From Lytechinus pictus (taxonomy: Eukaryota), in the NCBI RefSeq assembly GCF_037042905.1, contig NC_087251.1, positions 22,878,001 through 22,942,000 on the forward strand: a stretch of 64,000 bases of DNA, read 5' to 3'. The position numbers and the translations under genes were made by a program. Positions 13,701 to 28,100 of this stretch are shown here, one piece after another; the stretch's first letter is position 1, and the number at the start of each line of letters is the position of its first letter. Below the pieces are notes generated by a model, which ran no database searches, had not been told where the DNA came from, and saw nothing but the letters and a program-made list of their open reading frames with translations.

Positions 13701-16700
13701 ACTTGGTTTTCAGGTATAGAGGGAATTGGAGGTAAGTAGCAATACATGAACATGACACCCGGGGGGAGGGGGGAGAGAAGGGAGAGGGCATTCAAATTAT
13801 ATTTTGAAGGGGGTGTGTCTCACTAAACCCTGAAATTGGGGTCTAGTGAACGCACTACTAAGGTAAAATACAGGGTCTTGGGAACTAAATATATACTGGG
13901 TGGTGTGAAAAACAAGGTCTACGGAACAGGATCACGGTACAGTAGGTACGGTGCACATAAAAGCGCTGTGCATGTATATGTGGGCGCTGACGGTGCATGG
14001 AGCTGCTAACGGAAGGAGTTGTGAAGCTGTGCGTGCAGCTCTCGCATGCAGTGCCCGTGCTGGACAATTTTGGCAGGGCTAGGGAACTGAGACGTTTTAA
14101 CATGGGTCTTCCGAGCGTGGCGGGTGGCTTCTGAATGGAACTTTTGTCATTTGGACTATCTAGAGAACTGAAAATTACGTCTGAAAAAGGGGGTCATCAA
14201 AGCGGCATGTCCCCGTTCCACCAATATATGTGAGTGCCCCCCCCCCCCCGGGACATGACACAGATTTGCTTTAATTGGTTTATCATACCAACTAAAAGCA
14301 GATGGTTCTACTTGAAACAAACTTGTCTTCATAATTCCAAATGAAAACAGTATTCTCTTGACCAGAAGAAAAGCCATCAGCTATTTTATTCTCTTCAAAT
14401 TGAGCATAGACTCTGGAAATCTCTTGAAATCTGCGAAAACCCACAACCGGGCCATGTCTATGTACAAATGAAAATTGTCACCAACCTATTGTAGAAAGTG
14501 TGTGTTTCAGATCGTATACAAATAAACCTGCATTTCTATACAGTAACAAATTCAACAAATAATTGGGAATGATTTCTAAATATGTTCATGTATAAGAAAC
14601 AGAAAGCTCCATTAAAGTTTCATGTTCTTCTTGACCAGAAAGAGACAAAAAAATTGCAAAAATCATATTGTTTGTAAACAGGAAATTCTATGGTTTAAAA
14701 AATGTTTTAAAGTTACCACATCTAAAATGTGAGTCGTTTATAGACATCTGCTTTGAAAAAGAAAACTATTTGGGCACAGACTGGATTTGTGGAATTTGCC
14801 TGGTGTAACAAATTGACCGCAGATGTCCCTTCTAATATTATTTTTATTCAGTCAGAGGAAAGCTGGAATCACCATCAATGAGGTGCATACTCTGAACAAG
14901 TGGAATGCCTCTGGCAGTCTCGCCTGCATTACGCAATTCAATGTAGCAGAAGTGCTGCCTCTGAAAACAGCTAATGAATAATAATTCATAGAAGAAAACA
15001 CTAATATGATAATTGATATGTCCATTCACCCAAAATGACCTTTGACCATGGTCATGTGATCTAAGACATGTGCAAAACAATCATACTTGATTACCCTTAT
15101 GTCGATGTTTTATGAGCTAGATCCATAAACTTTCTAAGTTATGATGTCAATTCAACACATACTCCAAACACGGCCAGAGGTCATTAACCTTGAAATGACC
15201 TTTGATCTTGGCCATGTTCCTGAAACGCGAAAAGGGTATTCAGGGATAAATTGCTGCTCTTATGTCCAAGTTTCATGAACTAGATCCATAAACTTAATAA
15301 AGTTATGATGACAATTCCACAAATACCCCCAACATTACCAAAGTTTGTTGACCCTAAATGACATTTGACCTTGGTCATATGACCTGAAACTCACACAGGA
15401 TTTTCAAGGATACTCGATTGCTCTTATGTCCAAGTTTCATGAACTAGATCCATAAAATTTCAAAGTTATGATGACAATTCCTCAAATAACCCCAACATGG
15501 CTAAAGTTTGTTGACCCTAAGTGACCTTTGTCATGTGACCTGAAACTCGCACATGATATTCAGGGATACTTGATTGCTCTTATGTCCCAAGTTTCATGAA
15601 CAAAATCAATAAAATTTCTAAGTTATGATGGCAATTCCTCAAATACCCCTAACATGGCTAAAGTTTGTTGACCCTAAGTGACCTTTGACCTTGGTCATGT
15701 GACCTGAAACGCACATATGATATTCAGGGATACATGGTTGCTCTTATGTCCTGGGGTGGTATCCTGAAAATTGTCTTAATTTTTCTTGTAACTTTTCTTG
15801 TAAGTCAGCAAGATAACAGCTCGCTAAAATTCTCTTAAATTGGTATTCTGAAAATTGTCTTACCTCTATAAGGACGTCCCCTATTTTATCTCTGACAAGC
15901 CCAATATTTCATCAACAACCAATCATTAAGCTTGCTATATGCTTAGGTCAACCAATAGAAGCGTCTCTTCTGAAAAATAATAAAGCACATTGTTGATATG
16001 AGGCGTAATTTCTTTGCGCCCCCGACGCTTATGCTTGTGCGCTTCTGTGCTAAAAATACACATGGCTCTTCTCAAAGACATATTTTCTCTGAAAAGATTC
16101 ATCGTCTCGAACACTAATTTTTAATTGCTGAAAAGTCTACCAATCCGTCGTTATAAGGTCTTTGGAATGTCTTCTTTTGTAAAATATGATGTTCTTGCGG
16201 GATGCAGCAAGAAATAATTATTGCAGACGGACAAATATCGCATGCAACAATAAGTTACAATAGCCCCCTACCTCTTGTAAATTTTCTTGTATTTTGCAAG
16301 GAAGTTAACAGAACGCAAAGATAAGATAATTTTTAGAATACCTCGATTATATCTCGATATGTTATCTTGCGCAAAGGGATATTTATGCGCCGTTTTTAAC
16401 TTTACACATAATTCTAGCTCTGACAACATACGCGCCTAGAGAAAGTTACAAGAAAAGATACAGGAATTTTCGGAATACGGAATTTATTGTAACTCTAAAG
16501 ATACTGCAATATTTCTCTTAAGACAATTTTCAGAATACGGCCCCAAGTTTCATGAACTAGATCCAGAAACTTTTAAAGTTATGATGACAATTCCTCAAAA
16601 AAACCCAACATGGCCAAAGTTCATTGACCCTAAGTGAACTTTGACCTTAATCATGTGACCTGAAACTCGGGAAGGATCTTCAGTGATTCATTATTACCCT

Positions 16701-19700
16701 TATGTCTAAGTTTTATGAACTAGGTTCATATACTTTCGAAGTTATGACAACATTTCAAAAACTTAACCTTGGTTAAGATTTTGATATTGATTCCCCCAAC
16801 ATGGTCTAAGTTCATTGACCCTAAATGACCTTTGACCTTGGTCATGTGACCTGAAACTCAGGAAGGATGTTCAGTAATACTTGATTAACCTTATGTCCAA
16901 GTTTCATGAACTAGGCCCAATCGCAGTTTCACAGTTGTGTGTGCGGAAATGGTAGTTTGTTAACAGAAATCTACTCCCAACTCCCTGCGCTATGCAAGTA
17001 GTTTTTACGAACGCCATGCATGAGTCGTGTTTACTTTTTTGCACATGATTGCAACAACAGCGCTAATTGGCTGATTCCATGCCGTTAGTTTGGCTCAGTA
17101 CTGTTGTACGTTTCGGAGGTACAGAGGAATTTCTCAAGATTAGTGGACCCCCTGCTGAGATTTTCCAGACATTCCATTTCCGTCCTGCTTGCGAAAGCCC
17201 GTAATCATCCTCTGAGTAGGTGGCAACAATGTTCTGGGCTGCGTAACACAAAGATTAGCGATCAATCGCTAAATGAACTGACCAATCAATATCAATGTTA
17301 CACGCGCATTTGGTTTAAAATTCTGACCAGGAACCAATCAGTGTGGTGCTTTCATATTTGCAATTCATCGCAAACATTTGTTAGCCCAGATCTTAAGTTT
17401 TATTACTGCAAACTATTAGACTATCCCAATCATTTGGTATTAAACTATGATCAGTCATTATTTATGCATACAAGTGCATATTAAATGAATAGACATGTGT
17501 TTAATATCAATTATACATAAATGGGAGCTTTCTGTACCGACTTTTTCTCTGAATTTCTCTTATCAAATCTGCAGAGTAATGGTACTGTCTGTGATTTATT
17601 TTGAGTAAAGGCTTTGAAATTATGATTATCTATGTAAATCTAGTGTTAAAGCTTTGACAACGAGACATTATCATTAAAATCAGATGCTGTGAAATAATGG
17701 TATACAGACTGAAATCTGAGTATGGTGAAAATCACATGTAGACACAGTTAAGCACACATGGGTGATGGGTACAATGTACAGTGTAATTATACTGAAAAGA
17801 TCAAACAGAATGTCCTGATTATTGTGCTCATTACATGATAATTACCAATTTTCTACTGCTACCATGCGGCACTTATGTTTTATTTATGCACGGCTGCACG
17901 CAAACACATTTAATGTTAAGTCTGTTTTCAAATTATCTTATGCCATATTACCATAAATTTAAACTTTCAGGATAAAATACAGATCTCTTCTGGTGAATTA
18001 TTTCCAGAGAGTAACAAATAACACCACTTTCCCTGCATCCATTCAGGCCAAGTGTTATTGATTGTCATCTTCTTTTTTTGACAAATCAAATTTTAAAATG
18101 ATAAAATGTGTTTCTAGTGCAAGACATGTGATTACTTTCAAAATGATGAATTTATCATACATTTTCCCCATGAGGAATTATTCATAGAAAATTGTATAGA
18201 CCAGTACAGAGGGAAGATTTCAAATGAACTATTCATTGCACACGAGACAACGCAGCTCTGGGGAAAACCCACTATTCTCAGATGAGTGGGGAAAACCCAG
18301 TTGTCTCAGAGTAGTGGAAAAAATATACCCACTGATTACCTGTCTGCTCCTGCTGGTACAAATCCCTGGATGAAAATCATCTTCCCTGGGGCCATGGATC
18401 CTCCAAATATGGAGCTCACATAGGGAACAGCCTGGAGAGAGAAAGAAAGTCAGTAAGAGATANNNNNNNNNNNNNNNNNNNNNNNNNNNNNNNNNNNNNN
18501 NNNNNNNNNNNNNNNNNNNNNNNNNNNNNNNNNNNNNNNNNNNNNNNNNNNNNNNNNNNNNNNNNNNNNNNNNNNNNNNNNNNNNNNNNNNNNNNNNNNN
18601 NNNNNNNNNNNNNNNNNNNNNNNNNNNNNNNNNNNNNNNNNNNNNNNNNNNNNNNNNNNNNNNNNNNNNNNNNNNNNTAACGTTGCTCTCATGTGATGTC
18701 ACTGAATCAAAAAATTGAAAATTCATATCATACTTGTTTGTAATTTTCATAAAAAATTCATGGATTTGTATTTCTGATTGTATCTCAAGCTCTCGACATC
18801 AGGTTGGACTTCCCCTTTAAAAGGGTAGAGCGTCTGACCAATTAAACTGACCTCATGTTTTGCCCATCTTCCTCATTTGGCCATTACATACCATCTACAA
18901 CCTTGCTAGCTATCTTAGAGCTATCTTTGCTTACTGGCTACCAGCTGTCTCTGACCCTCAGATTGTGAATGATGATCTCTAATTATAACATTGTCTGTCA
19001 TCCAGAGGTCATATCTAAAAGGTCATTTTCCTAATGCAACAGTAATCCAACTGAAGCGTGTGCTTTTCTAAGTGCCTGGATCTCAGCCTAAATTATTTCA
19101 TTCATTGATTTACAGGGGAATCCTAACCAAATAGAAAGTTTATTTTGATATGGAAATAAAAAGAAAAATGTCAGGGTTTACCAATGAAAAAAGATCCGAC
19201 AAATAATAAGAAACTTGACATTAACATGGATTTCAAATTTGGTGCAAGTATAGGCCTTTGTATTTGATGGTACTGTGCTGTAGGTTAGGGATCAACTAAA
19301 CTCCATTTTATCTAAAAATAAATCTTTTTCCAAAGTGTTACTCAGAAACTCAGAAATTTTTTGATTCTATGATCAGGTACATGTAACATACTTTGCTCCA
19401 ATACTGTGGAGAGAAAGGGAAGGTGCTTGAAAGGAATTTACGAGAAAACCACAAATTCCTCAAAATCAAGTCGAAGAATTTCTTGCCCATTTTTTTCTCA
19501 AACTTTCACCATTGAAGATAATTTTCTATGTATTCTGCTTTCGCAAAGCAATTTAGCCAAGTTTGGATATATATATATAATATAATTATAATATATAAAA
19601 AGAAAACATGTTTGTTTTTTTGAAGCAATTTTAGTTTTATAATGTTCATTTATGGTTTCATACGTGTATGATTTCAATAGAATTTCCTGCATAAGTGAAT

Positions 19701-22700
19701 TTTTACCCCCCAATAACTTGTTACTTTATATTGAAAGTACTGATTTTTCTGTCACAAATTTCGAGAAATAGTGCACTTTATTTCACACTCAACCCACTCA
19801 AAATTTCTGCCTCATTACACCATAAATGGGAATAGAAACTGCATGGATTGCTATAAATTCTATAGTTTTTATGATATACAAATACAATGATTCAAAACAC
19901 TTTACCATTTACAAATGTAATAGTAGTAATTATCTAAATAAGCAATATTAACTCCTATACAGTATGTACCTTGTATGTAATAATCACTTGTCTCTTTTAT
20001 AAAAACAGAAAACAAAGTGCAGCTACACATACATGTATGTACAGCCACTTGCAACATGCAGCACTCCGGTACCCACTTGTACCCCATGTATCTGATATAC
20101 AATGTACAAAAAGCTGTATATGAAAAATCACCCAAGTTATATGTACATGTACATGTACATATAACTTGGGTGATTTTTCATACAGCTTTTTGTACATTAT
20201 TCATGACTTAACTGCGGACTATTTCTTGTGTTAGTGACATTTCAACATTTTTTATTGTGATAAGCTCCTAACAGTTGAAATATGTGTGTGTGTTTTAAGC
20301 TTAGTAAAAATTTTCTGAGCAAAAGTCCTGAAATGATGTATTGATTTTAAATTTGCTTGTACAACCTGGCAAGAGCCTCAAACAAGTTACATCGCCATCT
20401 GGATAACACATGACTTTTTTTTCTTGTACACTGTACATGATTTTCTTATTTACAGTATACCCACACGATTGTTGCAGGTGCTGGGTTAAGTGTGGCAAAT
20501 GTATGTACAATGAAGATAGGCCTATTTTTTTCTGAGGCATTATTTTATAGTGAGATTTGAAGCACCGACCCCATTGATCAGACTAGGGAGTTATTTGCCA
20601 ATTCACTTTAAATAATTTTTTGGTACTTCCCAAACCAAAGGACAGAAAATCATAGGCCTAACTGTTTATAAAAGTATGAAGTAAAAGTTGAACTGAAAGG
20701 ATTTTACTTCTTCGATATGGTACAACAGGCTTTAAAGATGATTGTGATGCATGCAGATCTGCAAATATCATAGCAGCAAAATAAAACTACTATCCTAAAG
20801 CAATCGACGTTGTCCCCAATTCCAGGACATTTTCCCACAATTCCAATTCCAAGCTCCAGTGAATGCTTTTATCATGCTCATATTCATGTGAAATTAATCA
20901 ATGACTGTAGCCCTGTAATGCACGTAACATTTACTATGGCAGGCCTACTCTGTTGCAATGCATCAATTTAATTGCTCGCATGCACAAGCTTTAAAGGAGA
21001 ATGAAACCCTTGGAGCAAGTTAGTTTAATAAGAAAGCAGAAAAATCAAAGAATAAGATTAACAAAAGTTGAGTAAAAATTCCAACAAGCAAGAAAAAGGT
21101 TTAATGAGCATTTTCTCATTTTAATGATTTTGTCGAACAATTCCTGTAAGGAATTCCAGTTCCTCTCATAAAAAAAGAACATTTCAATAGACTAGATCAA
21201 AGAGTATTTAAGAAAAGGGGAAGTTGCGTGTGTGTGACATCACATGGCTCAAGATTCAAGTACTCAAGTAACTTTCTTCCTATTCATTCAATCTTCAAAC
21301 TTTCATTAACCTGTTTCTTTGATTGTTCTCTTTTATATGAATTCAACTGGTATGAAGGGTTTCATTCTCCTTTAATGCTAGTCTCCTACTGAACATCACA
21401 CATTATGTATCCCGAGTAGGCAGTTCACCATGGATGTATCCAGAACAACAATAATTCCTCAGCTGATGCTTTGTACATTGTACATGTAGCATACAGTATA
21501 CGTGCAATACTGATAGATATGCTAACCATCCATAATACAAAAAATTGTTAATTTAGACGGCAAGCATTTTGTGATGAGAGATGAATGTCATCCCCCACAC
21601 ATACATGTACACTTCTATGACCTTTTAATGCATGCATGGAGTGCTGCTTCATGTTTATGATTGCTGCATCCCTCTGATCGCTGATATGTACATGTTAATA
21701 CTGGTCTGTTGTTAATTCAGTTTCAAGAAGATGCAAACTTTAAATGTGAAAGGGGTGCTCCAGCAATGAGTAAAATCAAGGAAGGAAAATGAAGGAAAAT
21801 ATATTACATGTATGTTCATCATAGTTGCCAACTCTACTGCTTCTTTGTTGAAAATAGTTTAAACCCCTTTGTAAATTTTCAGGAGTCCAAAAAGAAAGAC
21901 ATAGGGAGAAATGAAAAAGAGAGAGAGAAAAAAAACAAGTGGAATGCCTCTGGCCGTCTCACCTGCATCACGCGATTCAATATAGCAGCAGTGCTGATTT
22001 TGAAAACTACTATAACTCGCACAAGATGTTCAGTGATACTTGGTTACTCTTATTTCCACGTTTTATGAACTAGACCAATACACTTAAATAGAGATATGAT
22101 GGCAATTCAACAAATACCCCCAACGTGGCCAAAGTTCTTTGACCTTACATGACCTTTGACCTTGATCATGTGACCTGAAACTCGCACAGGATGTTCAGTG
22201 ATACTTGATTACTATTATGTCCAAGTTTTATGAACTAGACCAACACACTTTCAAATTTATGGCTGTAATTCAACAAATACCCCAATTTGGCCAAAGTTCA
22301 TTGACCCTAAATGACCTTTGACCTTGATCATGTGACCTGAAACTTGCACAGGATGTTCAGTAATACTTGATTACTATTATGTCCAAGTTTCATGAATCAG
22401 ATCCATAAACTTTCAAAGTTATGATGGTAATTCAACAGATACCCCCAATTCGGCCAAAGTTCATTGACCCTAAATGACCTTTGACCTTGGTCATGTGATG
22501 TGAAACTCATGCAGGATGTTCAGTGATACTTGATTAACCCACGTATGTGAATGCAGGTGCAAGCTCCCTAGCATATGTATAGCGTCTTGACCGAGAGAGG
22601 GCTCACTCATCTTTAAAATTTAAATACCCCCGCGAAACTCGAACTTGTTGCTACCGGGTTGCTACTGACGCTTTGCGCGATATTGCTCTCACATCTAGGT

Positions 22701-25139
22701 CATTTGGGGAAACCCCAGAGAGGTGGCCAACCTCATCTTGTAATGAAAATCAAATATATGATACACATACATTCGTAGAAAACAATGGTAACATTCAAAA
22801 CAAGAAATCAAAACACCGGCAATCAATTTTGAATCAGCCGGCGGCAAGCGGGTGTGTCGGTCCCATATACTCGTAGGATATCACAGTAAATATTATCAGT
22901 ATTTATGAGGTTTCTTTAAAAAAAAATATTACCAATCTACAATTTTTCATACCTTTGTTTTGGTTTTATATCAAAATTGACTGGTATTGTTTAAACTGTC
23001 TTTCATTTCTAGCTATCCTACAGTTTTTTGTGCACTCATCTTGTGTTGTTGGTTTTGACCTTGTGTGGTGGTTTTATTTGTTCTTACTGTACTGTACACA
23101 CATTTAAATGCATGGAACAGCATATTAAGTGTTTGTCATTGTTGTGTCGATTTTGTGGGAGGAGGGTTATAACTGAATTGGGAAAGAAGGGGCATTCGTA
23201 TAGTGTATCAACCTACCATCAGATAATTCTAGAGAAATTTAATATTGACATTTCAGAGGACACTTTAGATATACACCCAAACAAATTTTGCAGCACATGC
23301 TATTGCCATCTCACAATCAAGAAACCATTACATTGGACACCAAAAAAATGGGACACACATAGGAGAACATCACACTGTCATACATGTACACATTTTAAAG
23401 AAACACAAACACCAGGCAGACCAAAGAAAAGAAAAGCTGGTGGCCGCCCCCCTGCAACAACAACACCCCAGTCTCACTTTTCTCAATTAGGAGTATCACT
23501 ATCAGGAACAACAGACAATCAAAAATACAACATCAATCAAGACACATTTCACATTGATAATTCACTACAATTCCTTTTGTGTTGTGTTTGTAGGTCTGTT
23601 GTGTCATGTCCTGTCGAGTCACCTTGTAACCACCTGTTTTGTCTTGACTGTATATCGTCTCTCTTTGTCAAAGTGTCTGTTAGCTGTCCTCTTTGTAACA
23701 TTCAATTTCATTATTCTCAAACACACACACCAGCCGCATACATCATCACATTACTACAAAATCTTCATGTTCAGTGTTCACATTGTAAAACATCCCTTCA
23801 CTACACCCAAACATCAGGCCATTCGTGTCATACTCGTGTAAACTGTGACCATACATACGCAAAATGTACGCAAATGGACCTCAACACCCAACAACGCCGG
23901 CAGATAGCCTCTGAATACCTCAAATGTCAGATGGCCAAGTCACATGATGGTATGTCAGCCAGCATAGGTTTAGCAGGTCGTGGAAAGGTAAATGCAAAAG
24001 TCTTATCTCCTAGCTACCGGTAGTTTAAAGTAACAATCATCATCACATATTTCAAACTTGCAGAAGATTTTGTGGAAGACGAACAAGTTAGGGTCTCAAA
24101 ATATATCATTCTCTTTATCATTGTCAGTCAAATTTATTTCAGAAGTTTCAACATTTAAAAAAGTTATTTCAATAGTCCCAGTAGATTTGAATTATGCAAG
24201 GTTGATCAGGTTGAATTCACATATAAAGGCAAATGATTGGGTATATATTACCCAAGTAATATTAGTAAATATGTATTTTATTATATACATATTATATATA
24301 TAATTTCAGTTTCATACATTTAAGTTTTCATACTGTAAAGAAATTAGCCATTAATGTATTTTAGTTCACAGTATTAGAAACAAATAAAATAATCATAATG
24401 GTGCATATATCATGTAAGTATAACAACAAAACTTTGCCCCCCCCCCACCAAACAAAACTAAAAATAACAAAAGAAAACATGGATTTCTAGAAAGTCATAG
24501 ATATCATTTAATTGCTATAATTTAACTATTTTCTAGATACACAACCCTGTATGTTGAATCCTCATTAGATATACATGTATTCTAAAAGATTTTAATAATT
24601 TTACACCATTATCTTGAATAATATAATGTTATTTTGAAAATGAAACTTCAGCGGTAACTTGCCATCTATATATTCTTACAGCCTATGAGAGCTTTCAAAA
24701 TTCCAAGCAGCATCGTACCAAGTACAACCTGTTCATCATCCACCCTCCGTAAAAGAACGTCAATAATACATCATGTAAGGCAAGAGGTTTCTGGTGGGAG
24801 AGAGGCAGCCGATACTCAACAGCAACATGAAGTTTCCCAATCTGCAAGCATCACAGGGATCTTGGGCCCACAACCCCTCCATATTCCATCAAGAGACATT
24901 ATGGAGCTGAAAAGCTTCTTCAGCTTGAGTTGGAGAAAGCTACGACGTTTGAAGAGGTGACTTGAACAATCTTTGTTATGGACATTCATGTAATTACACC
25001 CCGGAAGAGGGTACTCAGATTTGGTTTGGACGGGGATCTGCAGCTGAAGAGTTCATACCCATACCTATTAAGTTAATGGGTCATTTAGTCAGAAAGGAAT
25101 AATAATAATAACAATAATAATAATAATAACAATTATAAT

Positions 25140-25172
<33 letters not shown>

Positions 25173-28100
25173 CTGCTCAACATTTGCATCACATGATACG
25201 TCTCTATGGACTTTTAAAGTACTTTGGATGTTCTTACCCCGGCTTTAGCCCCTGGAGCCTTTATACAGATCTCAGTGCATTCAAGGAATGAATCCTACCA
25301 GGTACCCACTTACAACACCTGGGTCGAGTGTGGCAAATGTAGATTAATATCTTGCTAAAGGACATTGGTACTGTGGTGGGATTTGAACCCCAGATCTCGT
25401 GGTTCACATTCCCTTGACTTATCCACAGCACCTTTACAGGGTACCAATTAAAAGGGATTTCATTTTTTTGTAAAGACCACTTTTGCATCTCGAATGATAT
25501 TCTCAAACGACGAGAATATATACGGGCGAGAATATCATTCTTTAAATAAAGTTACCCATGTTTTGGAGGTTTTCTGGCACAAAACATTACCCCATGCTTT
25601 GGGATTTCTTTAAAAAAAGTGACCCATTAGAGTGGCACATATCCCCATATACCTTATAAGATGAGTATTCCCCCCCCCCCCCACCCCACCAGGAATTACA
25701 CCTCATACTAGATTAAGTCATTAATACAATAAAAATACAATACCTAAATATATTTCTTAACAGCTGGCTAAAAGAACGGAGAATTTCTACAGGAAATGAG
25801 AGGGAAGTGAGGAGACTCCAAGATGATGTGGTAAAAAACAACATTACCGGGGAACTGTTGCCTCTCCAACAAGGCTCAAGTGAGACTGGCATGGAAATTA
25901 AGGAGACCCCGGTAGTAACAGTAAGCAGCCTCAGTGCCCTTGTCAAGGACTTACTAGAGGAATATGATCGGTGAGTTCTACCTGTGATAATGTAAACAAA
26001 ACCATTAAAGCAAATCATTAACATAACAAAAGAAGAAAGATATTTTAAATATCATTAAAAATGATTACTGAATGCACCAATTACAAAAAAAAATGATAGG
26101 GATGAATTCACAAGAGAGTTTTAAACCTCCTTTGTGAATTTGGGCCATAGTGTTTCTGATATTGATATCTATTCCTTATCCTCAGAAGCATTATGATTTT
26201 ATTCTGGTAATATAATTTTATTAATTAAACCCATTTAAATCAAATTAAATAGCCCTTTGAATAATGCAATAATATCCTATTTCTACATATCTACAGACTT
26301 GGAGAGCTCACCTGGCATGACGACCACATCCCCGAAGGAGAAATTTGGTTGAAAGTGGGAGGCGACAAAGGGGGAGGAACTTTCAAGCTAATGGTGCAAT
26401 TGGCCAATGTGAAGCGACCCAATAGCCTCCACAACACCCGGGTGATCATGTTGTTCCCTGGATCTGACTCCACTTACAACCTCGATGTCTCTCTGGAGAC
26501 CATTAGATGCCAAATTGCTGATTTGGAGTCAATGTCATGGCGGTGTGTTTTCTTCTTCTGTTGAATAAAATATTAATATCCATAAAAATCAAAAAGATTA
26601 CCAGAACCTATAAAATTTCAATGAGTAAGATTTCTAATGTGAATGTAGTTATTTGGTATGTGAATTTTATTGTGTCTATCTCATATTTTGTCTTTATACA
26701 GAGGGAAAACCATGAAAGTCTTTGCCTTCGGCGACTATGAATATCTGACCCGCATGTATGGACTCACTGGCCCCAATGGTAAGCCTTACTTTCATAAACA
26801 TTATATATACATATATATTACTTTGATTGAATAGAGGTAATTAAAAAAAAAAAATAATTTCTCTTGACTTGTATCCCCATTTTTTTTTTCTTCACCAGGC
26901 CGTCATTGCTGTCTCTACTGTGAGATGACCAAGAAGGAAATGGCTGACCCACCAATGGCTGTCCCCCGTCAGCGAAGCCTGCAGACCCTCAAGGAATCCC
27001 TGAACCACTTCAAAACCTGTGGCATCCCAAAGGAATCTAATAACGTCATCAGATCCCCATTCTTTGACATTCCAATAAATAGGGTAAGATATTTAAGAAA
27101 AAAATGATTTCAATAGCCAAATGCTTAATCAGTAGCCAGAATATAACTCTCACCAGGGGTGGGGTGGGTGTGTAATCGGATCTGTATCTTACCACAGACC
27201 TTTATGCTTATCGGGTTATAGCTACTTTAAACCCCTCAGGAAGACAAACATTCAGAACATTCAAAAGTGAAATCTTAATTTCATCTGCAATGATGACAAT
27301 GAAAATTGTTATTAATACCTCTGATATTATAAGCCCTTTTCTCTTATTTATCAGGTCTGTCCTCCTGGGCTCCATATCTCCCTCGGGGTCTTCTTGAAGC
27401 ACTTCAACTCGCTCTGCCAAGCATGTCACACTCTGGACCTGGAGATTGGCCAGTCCTTGGCAAAAAGTCCTACAGACCAACTGGAAGCAAAAGAGGCCTT
27501 CAAACAGCAGCTGAAGAAGCTGAGTCTCCAGTCAAGACTGAAGCTTGCTGAGGAAGAACTCCACGACCTCATGGACCAGCACATGATGGTTGGACTTCTT
27601 TACCCTGAAGCTGAACCGCCCACCCTCATCCTGGAAATGGCTGAAGAGAAGAAGAGAGAGAAAGTTACACTGGTTAGTATCTTGGATGTCACACTGGCAG
27701 TATTGTAAATACGAGTTGCATACGTTTTAATCTTAAATCATGTATAGATGTACCAAATGCATCTTTAACTAAAATTAATATAAAATTTAACATATAAAAT
27801 CTTTTTTTATTTGTAGGAGAAGGAAATAGGCAAAATACCAGAAATGACAGTTCACTCTGGACCAACTAATGTTGGTCTAGAAGAAGCACTACAGCAGTTG
27901 AGAGTGAGCAGACAGGCGTACCATGGTCGTTCATTTGTAGGGAACCATGTACATAAATGTTTACAGGTGAGTAGAGTATATCATGAAAAGTAAGAACATT
28001 CCTGAAATATACTACTATATTTACACAAATTATAGTAATTCACATTGTCTTTCTTTTGAATAATACAAGAAAATATAAATTCTAGATGTTTGCTTCTTGC

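Noticed and set aside
18229-18750. ORFs spanning the N gap
   Set aside because: Artefacts of the gap; the real galectin exon is in another frame (18340-18431)
14895-22539. CRISPR-like array in the ~162-bp repeats
   Set aside because: Whole units are repeated with no unique spacers, the context is eukaryotic, and they are internal repeats of a Helentron-type element
23028-23111. Hydrophobic signal-peptide-like N-terminal extension of the transposase ORF
   Set aside because: Starts at TTG in T-rich sequence; the first ATG (23112) directly precedes the conserved zinc module
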